A DNA stretch of 50,315 bases, from positions 1 to 50,315 of the forward strand of contig CAXGSM010000010.1 in assembly GCA_964012435.1 (NCBI GenBank), written 5' to 3'. This document shows, in pieces, positions 20,386 to 29,596 of the stretch; positions within the stretch are counted from its first letter, which is position 1, and each line of letters begins with the position of its first letter. The notes beneath the pieces are model-generated. The model did not search any database. It saw only the letters and a list, made by a program, of their open reading frames with translations, and had not been told where the DNA came from. The stretch comes from an uncultured bacterium (GTDB taxonomy: Bacteria; UBP7; UBA6624). The position numbers and the translations under genes were made by a program.

Positions 20386-21054
20386 ATGTCAGTTTTATGG
20401 GTTATTTCAACTCCTATTGGAAACTTAGATGACGTTTCATTAAGGTTAAAGCAGACTTTGGAAAGTTGTGATATTTTGCTTGTTGAAAGCTTGTCAAAAT
20501 ATAAAAAAATTAGTTATTTTCTAAACCTTCCAAGAGACCGTAAGGTTATCAAATGGAGTTTAAACAAAAAGGGAGTTTCAAAAAAAAGAATATCAAAATT
20601 TTTTCTTGAAGGAAAAACGATTGGCATTATGTCCGATGCAGGTGCTCCTAACATAGCTGACCCTGGTCATGAGGTTGTTTCTATAGCAATCGAGTGTCAA
20701 GCAAAAGTGTTTTCCTTACCCGGTCCTTCTTCTATTGGATCTGCCCTTTCGTTAAGCAGATGGCCAACTTTACCTTGTTTTATATGGGGATTTCCTCCAA
20801 AAAGTGACAAGAAGATCTTTAATTGGTTGCAAAAAATGTCTAACCTAAAAGGTACACATTTAATTTTTGTTAACCCTGGAAAGTTAAGAGATTTTGTTTC
20901 AATTGTAGACAAGTTTATCAATGTGGATTTGCAATTATTTTCTGAAATATCAAAAATTCACGAAAAGAGACTTGATGGAAAGCCTCAAAAAGTGTTAAGG
21001 CTTTTGCCTGAAGTCGTTAAAGGCGAATGGTTAATATTGCTTAAATTTGTATAA
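20386..21054 (+). CDS. rsmI: 16S rRNA C1402 2'-O-methyltransferase RsmI-like (divergent)
   Basis: STPIGNLDD, SDAG.P.IADPG, PGPS, KGE. Confidence 0.85.
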   Translation: MSVLWVISTPIGNLDDVSLRLKQTLESCDILLVESLSKYKKISYFLNLPRDRKVIKWSLNKKGVSKKRISKFFLEGKTIGIMSDAGAPNIADPGHEVVSIAIECQAKVFSLPGPSSIGSALSLSRWPTLPCFIWGFPPKSDKKIFNWLQKMSNLKGTHLIFVNPGKLRDFVSIVDKFINVDLQLFSEISKIHEKRLDGKPQKVLRLLPEVVKGEWLILLKFV

Positions 21055-21076
21055 ATTTCAAATTCAATGCTAGAAT
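21047..21076 (+). promoter_or_regulatory. Sigma70-type promoter of the tRNA-tuf operon
   Basis: TTGTAT (21047-21052), 18 nt spacer, extended -10 TGcTAGAAT (21068-21076). Confidence 0.6.
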
Positions 21077-21113
21077 CTCTAGTTTGTATGACACACACAG
21101 GTTATTTTATTTG

Positions 21114-21196
21114 GGAGGGATGTCCGAGTGGCCAAAGGAGGCGGGCTGTAAACTCGCTCGCGTATGCGTACGGGGGTTCGAATCCCTCTCCCTCCA
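21114..21196 (+). tRNA. tRNA-Tyr(GTA)
   Basis: Acceptor GGAGGGA/TCCCTCC, anticodon arm GCGGG-CTGTAAA-CTCGC, long variable arm, GTTCGAAT; CCA not encoded. Confidence 0.96.
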
Positions 21197-21207
21197 TGGC
21201 TTGGAAT

Positions 21208-21281
21208 GCGAGAGTAGCTCAGTTTGGCAGAGCATCAGCCTTCCAAGCTGAGGGTCGCGGGTTCGAGTCCCGTCTCTCGCT
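21208..21281 (+). tRNA. tRNA-Gly(TCC)
   Basis: Acceptor GCGAGAG/CTCTCGC, TCAGC-CTTCCAA-GCTGA, GTTCGAGT; CCA not encoded. Confidence 0.96.
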
Positions 21282-21283
21282 TT

Positions 21284-21355
21284 GCCCAGGTAGCTCAGGG
21301 GCAGAGCGCGTCCTTGGTAAGGACGAGGTCGTCGGTTCAAATCCGACCTTGGGCT
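21284..21355 (+). tRNA. tRNA-Thr(GGT)
   Basis: Acceptor GCCCAGG/CTTGGGC, CGTCC-TTGGTAA-GGACG, GTTCAAAT; CCA not encoded. Confidence 0.96.
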
Positions 21356-21394
21356 TGTTTTACAAAGAAATTAATTTTTTAGGAGGAATTAAAA

Positions 21395-22609
21395 ATGGGA
21401 GATTTTAATAGAGATAAACCCCACATGAATATTGGGACGATTGGTCACGTTGACCATGGTAAGACTACATTGACAGCAGCGATAAGTAAAGTTTTGGCTG
21501 CAAAGGGTCTTGCTAAGCAAACTGCTTTTGAAGATATTGATAAGGCACCTGAAGAAAGAGAAAGAGGTGTTACTATCAATGTTTCTCATATTGAATATGA
21601 AACAGAGACTAGGCATTATGCGCACATAGATTGTCCGGGTCACGCTGACTATATCAAAAACATGATAACTGGTGCAGCACAGATGGATGGAGCCATCCTT
21701 GTTGTTGCAGGTGATGATGGACCTATGTTACAGACAGCTGAACACGTTTTGCTTTCTAAGCAGGTTAATGTTCCAGCTTTGGCTGTTTTTGTAAACAAGG
21801 TTGATAAGGTTAAAGCAGCTGAAGGCGACGATGCTGACGAGATGTTAGAACTTACTGAAATGACAATCAGGGATTTGTTGAACAATCATGGATATGATGG
21901 AGACAATGCCCCTATTATTTACGGTAGTGCTCTCGGTGCTGTTGAAGGGAAACCAGAATGGGAAGAAAAAATTATTGAATTAATGAATGCTGTTGATGAA
22001 TATTTCCCATTGCCCGAAAGAGACCAGGATAAAGATTTCCTTATGCCAATAGAGGATATTTTCTCTATTAAAGGTCGTGGAACAGTTTGTACTGGAAGGG
22101 TTGAAAGAGGAACTTTAAATATTGGTGATGCTGTTTCTTGTTTAGGAATGGACAGAGATCAGGATACTGTTGCTACAGGTATTGAAATGTTCAATAAAAA
22201 TCTCGGTAATGCTATTGCTGGTGATAATGCAGGTATTCTTTTAAGGGGAACCAAGAAAGATGAATTAGAAAGAGGTATGGTTATAGCTAAACCTAAATCT
22301 ATAAAAACTGCTAAAGAGTTCAAAGCACAGGTTTATATATTAAAGAAAGAAGAAGGTGGAAGACATACTCCATTTAAATCTAACTACAGACCTCAGTTCT
22401 TTGTGAGAACAGGAGATATTACTGGCTCTGTAGATTCTTTGGCTGATCCCAACAATGGTACAGCTGTTGAGTTTGCTAATCCTGGTGACAACGTAGAAGC
22501 ACACATTACTTTGATCTACCCAGTTGCTGCTGAACAAAATTTAAGATTCGCTATAAGAGAAGGCGGAAAAACTATAGGTACTGGTGTTATTACTGAGATC
22601 CTTAAATAG
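21395..22609 (+). CDS. tuf: Elongation factor Tu
   Basis: [49 protein letters not shown]. Confidence 0.99.
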   Translation: MGDFNRDKPHMNIGTIGHVDHGKTTLTAAISKVLAAKGLAKQTAFEDIDKAPEERERGVTINVSHIEYETETRHYAHIDCPGHADYIKNMITGAAQMDGAILVVAGDDGPMLQTAEHVLLSKQVNVPALAVFVNKVDKVKAAEGDDADEMLELTEMTIRDLLNNHGYDGDNAPIIYGSALGAVEGKPEWEEKIIELMNAVDEYFPLPERDQDKDFLMPIEDIFSIKGRGTVCTGRVERGTLNIGDAVSCLGMDRDQDTVATGIEMFNKNLGNAIAGDNAGILLRGTKKDELERGMVIAKPKSIKTAKEFKAQVYILKKEEGGRHTPFKSNYRPQFFVRTGDITGSVDSLADPNNGTAVEFANPGDNVEAHITLIYPVAAEQNLRFAIREGGKTIGTGVITEILK

Positions 22610-22650
22610 TTTTTTAATAAATCTTATTTAATAAAGGATAATTTGATAAT

Positions 22651-22821
22651 ATGGCAAAGAAAGATGGTCGTAGAGTGCATTTTTATTTGGAATGTACTGA
22701 ATGTGGAGATAGAAATTACAGAAGCTCTAGGAGTAGGTTAAACACTCCTGACAAAATGAAATTGATGAAGTATTCTCCACGGTTAAAAAAACATACTTTA
22801 CATAAGGAGGTAAAGGGCTAG
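22651..22821 (+). CDS. rpmG: 50S ribosomal protein L33 (not in ORF track)
   Basis: Hand translation, 56 aa: MAKKDGRRVHFYLECTECGDRNYRSSRSRLNTPDKMKLMKYSPRLKKHTLHKEVKG; one CxxC pair only. Confidence 0.96.
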   Translation: MAKKDGRRVHFYLECTECGDRNYRSSRSRLNTPDKMKLMKYSPRLKKHTLHKEVKG

Positions 22822-22825
22822 GGTG

Positions 22826-22999
22826 ATGAATCTTAATTTTAGTGATTTTAAGGCGGAAATGAAAAGAATTTCATGGCCCTCTAGAAGCATTACTTTAAAT
22901 GCAACTAGAGGCGTGCTGTTCGTAATTCTTATTGTTGCATTGTTTTTAGGCTTAATTGATTTAATCTTAAGTAAGATTCTCGCTCCCATTCTTGTATGA
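22826..22999 (+). CDS. secE: Preprotein translocase SecE (not in ORF track)
   Basis: Hand translation, 57 aa with EMKRISWPS, one TM segment and FLGLID; ATGA overlap with nusG. Confidence 0.93.
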   Translation: MNLNFSDFKAEMKRISWPSRSITLNATRGVLFVILIVALFLGLIDLILSKILAPILV

Positions 23000-23604
23000 G
23001 TAGAGATTGGTATATATTGGAAACGGTTAACCGTTATGAGATCCAAGTCGGACTTTCCATTAGCTGTGGTATTCCTGGTGTTGAATCAACAACTTTGGAT
23101 CCAGAGCAAGACGAGGCTGTTAAGAATATTAAATATTATGAAAAACTCGATGAGGAACAGGGCGCTTTGCTAGGAAATATCATTCATAGAGTTGAGGTTC
23201 CTGCAACTTCAATAAAAGAAAGAGGCAAAGTTGTTGTAAAAAGACTTTATCCCAAGTATGTTTATATACAAATGGATCATGATGCAGGTACTAAAAACGA
23301 TATAAAAACGGTTGTAAACAACATTTACGGAGTTATCAACTTGATGGGGGGTTGGGATCATCCTCAACCTTTGTCAGAAGAAGAGGTTCAAATACTTTTA
23401 AAACAAATTGGCGAAGCTCAGATTATTGATTCTGTGGAGTTTGCTGAAGGTGATTTGGTGAGGATTTTAGAGGGTGCATTTCAAGATTACACCGGCAGGG
23501 TTCAAGATATCAACTTAGACAAAAGATTAGCTGGCGTAACTATTCCTATATTTGGAAAAGAAACAAGAGTTGAAATAGATATAGACAAAATGGTGGCTGC
23601 ATAA
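22996..23604 (+). CDS. nusG: Transcription elongation factor NusG (with insert)
   Basis: WY, LYPKYVYIQM, PQPLSEEEV, GDLVRI.EG.F, IFGKET.VE. Confidence 0.93.
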   Translation: MSRDWYILETVNRYEIQVGLSISCGIPGVESTTLDPEQDEAVKNIKYYEKLDEEQGALLGNIIHRVEVPATSIKERGKVVVKRLYPKYVYIQMDHDAGTKNDIKTVVNNIYGVINLMGGWDHPQPLSEEEVQILLKQIGEAQIIDSVEFAEGDLVRILEGAFQDYTGRVQDINLDKRLAGVTIPIFGKETRVEIDIDKMVAA

Positions 23605-24191
23605 TGGCACAAAAAAAAGTTGTAGGAAAAGCAAAATTGCAAATTATTGGAGGTGCGGCAAATCCTGCACCGCCTGTTGGCCCAACACTTTCGAGCTTAG
23701 GGGTAAATATAATGCAGTTTTGTCAATCTTTTAACAATGCTACAAGCAATAGGAAAGGGGAGGTTGTTCCTGTCATAATCACCGCTTATCGTGATGCTAG
23801 TTTTGATTTTATAACCCTTGAACCTCCTGTTAGTGCTTTGATAAAGGAAGCTGCTGGTTTAGAGAAGGCGTCTTCAGACCCTTTGAGAATAAAAGTAGGA
23901 GCTATAACTGAAGAATCAGTGAAAGCTATTGCTGAAAGAAAGCTTGAGGAGCTTAATACAAGAAGTGTTGATGCTGCAATGAATATAGTTAAAGGTACAG
24001 CTAGGTCAATGGGCGTTGTTATTGGGAAGAAGGACGATAAGGAAATTATTGAATTGATCAAGCAGGGTGAGGTTGCTGCAAGAGAAGCTGCTGAGGCTGC
24101 TGAGGCTGCTGAGGCTGCTGAGGCTGCTGAGGCTGCAGCTGGGTCTGCTGCTGATGATGCAACTAGTGAACCTGTTGGAGAAGAGGAATGA
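23604..24191 (+). CDS. rplK: 50S ribosomal protein L11 with 54-aa C-terminal extension
   Basis: KLQI.GG.ANPAPPVGP, GVNIM.FC, GTARSMG. Confidence 0.97.
   Translation: MAQKKVVGKAKLQIIGGAANPAPPVGPTLSSLGVNIMQFCQSFNNATSNRKGEVVPVIITAYRDASFDFITLEPPVSALIKEAAGLEKASSDPLRIKVGAITEESVKAIAERKLEELNTRSVDAAMNIVKGTARSMGVVIGKKDDKEIIELIKQGEVAAREAAEAAEAAEAAEAAEAAAGSAADDATSEPVGEEE
24087..24131 (+). repeat. Perfect 9-bp tandem repeat (GCTGCTGAG)x5 encoding (AAE)5 in rplK
   Basis: Five identical copies read directly from the sequence. Confidence 0.97.
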
Positions 24192-24862
24192 AAAGATCTA
24201 AAAGAAGTTTAGAAAATAAACAAAAAGCAAGCTTGAAAACTTTTTCTTTGGAGGAGGGTCTTGATATGCTTGCATCCGTAAAGTCTGCTAAATTCGATGA
24301 ATCTGTTGATATGCATATTTCACTATCAATAGATCCAAAACAAGCAGAACAACAAATTAGAGGAACTATGCTTTTACCTCATGGAACTGGAGACAAACCC
24401 ACTATTGCAGTTGTTGCTGATGGTAAAAATGCAGAAGAGGCTAAAGCTGCTGGAGCTACAAAAGTAGGCTCTAAAGACCTTATAGAGGAGATCAAATCAG
24501 GAAAGTTGGATTTTGATGTTTTGTTAGCGCATCCTTCAATGATGAGAGATCTAGCACCTTTAGGCAGGGTTTTAGGACCAAGGGGATTGATGCCTAGCCC
24601 TAAAGCAGGAACTGTTTCTTCTGACCTTAAGGGCACTATTGCAGAATTTTTAAAAGGTAAGCAGAGTTTTAGAAATGATGATGGGGGGAATGTACATTTG
24701 AAAGTAGGTAAAAAGTCTTTTAAAAAAGGTCACTTGCTTGAAAATGCTGAAATGGCCCATTCAATGATTAAATCAATGAGACCTTCTTCAGTAAAAGGCA
24801 CATATATGAAAAAAATATCTCTTAGTCTCACTATGGGACCAGGAGTTAAGGTTGAAATGTGA
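24188..24862 (+). CDS. rplA: 50S ribosomal protein L1
   Basis: KFDESVD, LPHGTG, LGPRGLMPSPKAGTV, TMGPG. Confidence 0.98.
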   Translation: MKRSKRSLENKQKASLKTFSLEEGLDMLASVKSAKFDESVDMHISLSIDPKQAEQQIRGTMLLPHGTGDKPTIAVVADGKNAEEAKAAGATKVGSKDLIEEIKSGKLDFDVLLAHPSMMRDLAPLGRVLGPRGLMPSPKAGTVSSDLKGTIAEFLKGKQSFRNDDGGNVHLKVGKKSFKKGHLLENAEMAHSMIKSMRPSSVKGTYMKKISLSLTMGPGVKVEM

Positions 24863-25419
24863 TGGTTAGTACAAATATTTTAAAAGAAAAGAAAAATCAA
24901 GTTTCTGAAAAAGTGTCTTCAGTAAAAGAAAGTACTTTTTTTGGAATATTTTCTAATTCTTCAATGACTGCACAAGATGAGAATGTTTTCAGAAGAGAGA
25001 TAAGTGACTTGGGTGGTAATTTCTCTGTTATAAAAAACACGCTCATGTGGAGAGTTATTGATGAATTAAATTTAAACGATGAAGAAAAATCTGAATTTAA
25101 ATCTTCAGTAAAAGGCCCTATAGCACATGTATTAGTTGATGAGGAAAATCCTTTCCCTGTAATACAAAAGTTTGCAGATAGGCTCAAAGCTGATGATTCG
25201 TTTAATTTTAAATTTGGATTGCTTGAGGGAGGTCTTGTTGACTCAGACTCCTTCACAAAACTTACAAAAATAAATAATATTGAGGATCTTTACGGACAAT
25301 TGGTAGGATGTCTTGACTCCCCAGTCTCTGGACTGGTTTGGACTCTTGACGGCATTCTTTCAAGTTTAGTTTGGACTCTTGATGAAATAGCTAAAAATAA
25401 ATCTAATGAGGTGGTGTAA
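24862..25419 (+). CDS. rplJ: 50S ribosomal protein L10
   Basis: VIKNTL, KGPIA, K.G.LEG; between rplA and rplL; GTG 24859 is an alternative start. Confidence 0.92.
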   Translation: MVSTNILKEKKNQVSEKVSSVKESTFFGIFSNSSMTAQDENVFRREISDLGGNFSVIKNTLMWRVIDELNLNDEEKSEFKSSVKGPIAHVLVDEENPFPVIQKFADRLKADDSFNFKFGLLEGGLVDSDSFTKLTKINNIEDLYGQLVGCLDSPVSGLVWTLDGILSSLVWTLDEIAKNKSNEVV

Positions 25420-25421
25420 TT

Positions 25422-25793
25422 ATGAGCAAAGATAAACTCATTGAAAGTATCGAAAAAATGAAGGTTAGCGAGTTAGTAGAGCTAGTTGAAGCATTAAAGG
25501 AAAAATTTAATGTTCAAGGTTCTCCAGTAGCCATGGCTGCTGCTCCGGCTGCATCTGATGATGGAGATGGTGACTCAGGACCGTCAACTGTTAAGGTGAC
25601 ACTTAAAGCTGCTGGACAGCAGAAAATTGCTGTTATTAAAGCTGTGAAAAGTGCTTTAGGACTTGGTCTTAAAGAGGCAAAAGAACTTGTTGACAAGGCT
25701 CCGGTCTCAGTTAAAGAAGGTATTTCCGAATCTGAAGCTGAGGAAATCAAATCAGTATTAGCAGAAGCTGGTGCTGACGTTGAGATCGAGTAA
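25422..25793 (+). CDS. rplL: 50S ribosomal protein L7/L12
   Basis: [30 protein letters not shown]. Confidence 0.98.
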   Translation: MSKDKLIESIEKMKVSELVELVEALKEKFNVQGSPVAMAAAPAASDDGDGDSGPSTVKVTLKAAGQQKIAVIKAVKSALGLGLKEAKELVDKAPVSVKEGISESEAEEIKSVLAEAGADVEIE

Positions 25794-25861
25794 TAATTTT
25801 TAATAAAATTGTAGTTTTTTACGCTTTTTGCGTGTTGTTATTTATATAAGAGGGGTTTGCT

Positions 25862-28800
25862 ATGTCAAAAAATGATTCTAGGGTTCCTGCTGCTGAAATA
25901 AAAGATTTTTCAGTACAGGAAACATTCACAGATGCAATCAAACATGATTTGATTCGACATCAAAAGAAAAGTTACGAATACTTTACAACTAAAGGTATTG
26001 ATAGAGTGATGAGGGAAGTTTTCCCTGTGACTTTTGAAGATAAGAAAGTTACACTTTCTATTCCAGAAGGAATGTCTTCTTTTCAGTTAGATGACCCTGA
26101 TGAATCAATAGAGTCTTGTAGAAAATTAGGAAAAACCTATGCAACCTCTTTATCCATCCCAGTTCAGCTCTATAGAGAGGAGACGGGAGAGTTTAAGGTC
26201 CAGGAGTTAAGAATTGGAAACGTTCCTAAAATGACTCCAAGCGCTACATTTATTATTAATGGAATTGAGAAAACTTGTGTTTTCCAGTTGCTTAGAAGTC
26301 CTGGCATATTCTTTAAAAGAGAAAATGTAAATCAAAAAAATGAAAACAATGTTGCAAAATTTGTTCCTTCTAGAGGTAATTGGATGGAGTTTAATTTAGA
26401 TGCAAGAAATAGATTTTGGATTAGGTTAGGTAAATTTAGAAAATTTCATCTTGCAACATTCCTTAAAGCTTTAGGTTTTGAATACAGAACCGTTAAAGGA
26501 AAAAAATATCCTGGAGAACTTGTTTTTGTTAGCGAATCTAAAGCTTCTAAAAAATCTGAAGAAAATATGGACAAAAGGAAAAAGGTTGCTTCTTACAGAA
26601 AACAGTTTGTTAAAGTTTGTGAAGGTTGGAAAGCAAAATCATCTGTTAAGGATGATGAAGGAAAAGTTATAGTCAAGAAAGGTCAGCTTTTAACAAAAGA
26701 GCATGTTGATGCAATTCAATATCTTCCTGAAAATGATGGAAAAGAACCTTATGTTGAATTAGATGTTGCAAGCTACCCTGATGTCAAGATTGGAAAAGAC
26801 GAAGATGCACCTTGGGCTTTTCAGAAATGTTTTGAAGATGGGATGACTTCAGGTCTTTTAAGCAGGGATGAATGTATAAAAGAAATTTATTTGAATTTTA
26901 GACCTAATGATCAGGTTCCATCCTCTGAAGCAGCTCTTGATTTTATCTGGAAGAGATTTTTTGAAGGTGAATATTATGACCTTTCTGAAGTTGGAAGATA
27001 CCAAATAAATCAAACTTTTCAAAATGAAGACGTTCCACTTTCTCATCAAAGATTAACTATTCAAGATGTTGTCAGAGGTATTGATTTTTTGATAAACAAA
27101 GTTAGAGAAGAAGAAGATTCTGATGATATCGACCATCTTGGAATAAGAAGAGTTAGAGGTGTTGGAGAGATGATTGCTGGAGAGCTCAAGAAGGGCTTAA
27201 TGGGAATGGTCAAAATGGCAAGAGAGAAATCAAGAACTCAGGACGGCGAAACGCAAACACCACAAACTTTGATAGTTCCAAAATTAGTTTTAAGACCAAT
27301 AGACAGATTTTTCAGCACTGGTGAACTTGTTCAGTTCTTAGATCAAACAAATCCATTTTCAGAGCTTGTCCATAAAAGAAAACTTTCAGCAATGGGTCCT
27401 GGTGGTCTTTCCAGAAAGAGAACAGGTTTTGAAGTTAGAGATGTTCATAAAACTCATTATGGAAGAATTTGCCCCATCGAAACTCCGGAAGGTGCAAATG
27501 TTGGATTGATAACAAGTTTGTCTTTATGGGCAAGAATAGATGAAAAAGGTTTTATTGAAACCCCATATATTCCTGTTGAAGGTGGTAACGTCAAGTTTCC
27601 GAAAAAAGAAAAAGATGTTCAGTTTTTTAATGCTCTAGAGGAAGAGGATTTTTATGTTGCCTCTTCATGTGTTTTCGTTGATCAAAAAGGAAATATTTCA
27701 GGACCGTCACATAAGGATAGGAGTCCAGCAGAAGCTGTTAGGGTCAGTGCAAGGCATAGAAGAGAACCACAATGGGTTGATTCATCACAGGTGACACATT
27801 TAGATTATAGTAACGACCAATTGGTAGGTGTTTCAGCTTCACTTATACCTTTCTTGGAGCATGATGATGCAACAAGAGCTTTAATGGGTGCAAACATGTT
27901 AAGGCAATCTTGCCCGCTGTTAAACCCTTCACCTGCAAGTGTTTTTACTGGAATGGAATCTGCAGCAGCAGATTCAAGTGGTTATGTTTTGAAGGCAAAA
28001 GGTCCAGGCAAAGTCGTAAGTGTCTCTCCTGACCCTGATTATCCTGAAGAAGGAAGCAAGATAACAATTGAATACGATAAAGCTCAACCTCTTGACGATA
28101 AAGGAAAAGAATCAAAAAAGCATGTTCTTTCTTTAAGAAGATATGCGAGAAGTAACCAAAGTACTGTTATCGATCAAAAACCTGTTGTTAAATCCGGAGA
28201 TAAAGTCAAGAAGGACTCAATACTTACTGATGGACCTGGTATTAAGAATGGTGAATTAGCGTTGGGCCAAAATTTAACTATTGCTCTCATGAGTTTAGAT
28301 GGATACAATTTCGAAGATTCGATTGTTGTAAGTGAAAGAGTTGCTAAACTCGGTCTTCTCGACAGTGTGCAAATTGAAAAGTTTGAATGTGTTGCGAGAA
28401 GGACAAGATTAGGAGAAGAGGTTATCACAGCTGATATTCCAAACGAGGATGATTCTTTGTTATCAAATTTAACAAGAGATGGAATAGTGCGAGTAGGTAC
28501 TGAAGTAGGTCAAGGACAATTGCTTGTTGGTAAGCTTACTCCAAAACCGGAAAAAGAAAGAACACCAGAAGAGAAGTTGATTTGGAAAATAATGAACCAA
28601 AAAGGATCCGACATGAGAAATACCTCTTTAAGAATGCCTACAGGTGAGCATGGAGTTGTTATACGTGTTGACACCTTGTCAAAAGAAGACAGTGGTGTTG
28701 AACTAAGACCAGGTGTTTTGCAGAAAGTTGATGTTTACGTTGCAATAAAAAGAAGACTAACTGTTGGTGATAAATTAGCAGGAAGACATGGGAACAAAGG

Positions 28801-29596
28801 TGTTGTTAGTACGATCTTACCTGAAGAAGACATGCCATTTTTATCAGATGGAACTCCAGTTGATGTTATTCTGAATCCCTTAGGTGTTCCTTCAAGAATG
28901 AATATCGGACAATTAATGGAATTGCATTTAGGCTGGGCAAGCAAACATGGTGGAAATAGAGCAAAGGTTCCTGTTTTTAATGGTTGTTCAATGCAAACAA
29001 TACAGGACGAGCTTGAGAAAAATGGTCTCAGAAGAGATGGTAAGAGTATTGTTTATGATGGCAAAACTGGGGCAAAATTGGAAAATGATGTTGTTGTTGG
29101 AGTCATGAGCATAATGAAATTAAACCATCTTGCTGAAGCAAAAGTTCATGCCAGGTCAATTGGCCCTTATTCATTAATAACACAACAACCCTTAGGTGGA
29201 AAGGCTAGAGGAGGTGGACAGAGGTTTGGTGAAATGGAAGTTTGGGCCCTGGAAGCTTACGGTGCAAGTAGAGCCTTGCAAGAGATGCTGACTATTAAAA
29301 GTGACGATATTGAAGGAAGAAACTTGGCTTATAAAAAAATGACTAGAGGTGAGGCTATTGACCTTTCACTAAAGCCGGAAAGTATCAACAATCTTGATAA
29401 AGAAATAAGAGGTTTAGGTTTAGATTTAGAGTTTTTTCAACATAGCGACAAGAATGAATTTTCTGAAGAGATATTAGATAAAAGTGATAAAAATGAAGAT
29501 TCAAGTGAATCAGAAGTTGAATCAGAAGCAAATGAAGATTCAAATACTGAAGTTGAGCAAAAAGTAACGTCTGAGGAGAATGAAGAAAATGAGTAA
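25862..29596 (+). CDS. rpoB: RNA polymerase beta subunit
   Basis: RDVH.THYGRICPIETPEG, GDKLAGRHGNKG, GGQRFGEMEVWALEAYG. Confidence 0.99.
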   Translation: MSKNDSRVPAAEIKDFSVQETFTDAIKHDLIRHQKKSYEYFTTKGIDRVMREVFPVTFEDKKVTLSIPEGMSSFQLDDPDESIESCRKLGKTYATSLSIPVQLYREETGEFKVQELRIGNVPKMTPSATFIINGIEKTCVFQLLRSPGIFFKRENVNQKNENNVAKFVPSRGNWMEFNLDARNRFWIRLGKFRKFHLATFLKALGFEYRTVKGKKYPGELVFVSESKASKKSEENMDKRKKVASYRKQFVKVCEGWKAKSSVKDDEGKVIVKKGQLLTKEHVDAIQYLPENDGKEPYVELDVASYPDVKIGKDEDAPWAFQKCFEDGMTSGLLSRDECIKEIYLNFRPNDQVPSSEAALDFIWKRFFEGEYYDLSEVGRYQINQTFQNEDVPLSHQRLTIQDVVRGIDFLINKVREEEDSDDIDHLGIRRVRGVGEMIAGELKKGLMGMVKMAREKSRTQDGETQTPQTLIVPKLVLRPIDRFFSTGELVQFLDQTNPFSELVHKRKLSAMGPGGLSRKRTGFEVRDVHKTHYGRICPIETPEGANVGLITSLSLWARIDEKGFIETPYIPVEGGNVKFPKKEKDVQFFNALEEEDFYVASSCVFVDQKGNISGPSHKDRSPAEAVRVSARHRREPQWVDSSQVTHLDYSNDQLVGVSASLIPFLEHDDATRALMGANMLRQSCPLLNPSPASVFTGMESAAADSSGYVLKAKGPGKVVSVSPDPDYPEEGSKITIEYDKAQPLDDKGKESKKHVLSLRRYARSNQSTVIDQKPVVKSGDKVKKDSILTDGPGIKNGELALGQNLTIALMSLDGYNFEDSIVVSERVAKLGLLDSVQIEKFECVARRTRLGEEVITADIPNEDDSLLSNLTRDGIVRVGTEVGQGQLLVGKLTPKPEKERTPEEKLIWKIMNQKGSDMRNTSLRMPTGEHGVVIRVDTLSKEDSGVELRPGVLQKVDVYVAIKRRLTVGDKLAGRHGNKGVVSTILPEEDMPFLSDGTPVDVILNPLGVPSRMNIGQLMELHLGWASKHGGNRAKVPVFNGCSMQTIQDELEKNGLRRDGKSIVYDGKTGAKLENDVVVGVMSIMKLNHLAEAKVHARSIGPYSLITQQPLGGKARGGGQRFGEMEVWALEAYGASRALQEMLTIKSDDIEGRNLAYKKMTRGEAIDLSLKPESINNLDKEIRGLGLDLEFFQHSDKNEFSEEILDKSDKNEDSSESEVESEANEDSNTEVEQKVTSEENEENE

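Noticed and set aside
21067..21408. 113-aa plus ORF and 77-aa minus ORF upstream of tuf
   Set aside because: They overlie three well-formed tRNA genes; typical tRNA shadow ORFs
22798..23046. 82-aa minus ORF
   Set aside because: Antisense to secE and the ends of rpmG/nusG
25330..25385. Direct repeat GTTTGGACTCTTGA in rplJ
   Set aside because: Encodes the repeated LVWTLD segments of the L10 C-terminal helix that binds L7/L12 dimers; ordinary
25794..25861. Structured RNA between rplL and rpoB
   Set aside because: Only short weak hairpins (ACGC-TTTTT-GCGT and an AT stem); no support for an ncRNA or attenuator
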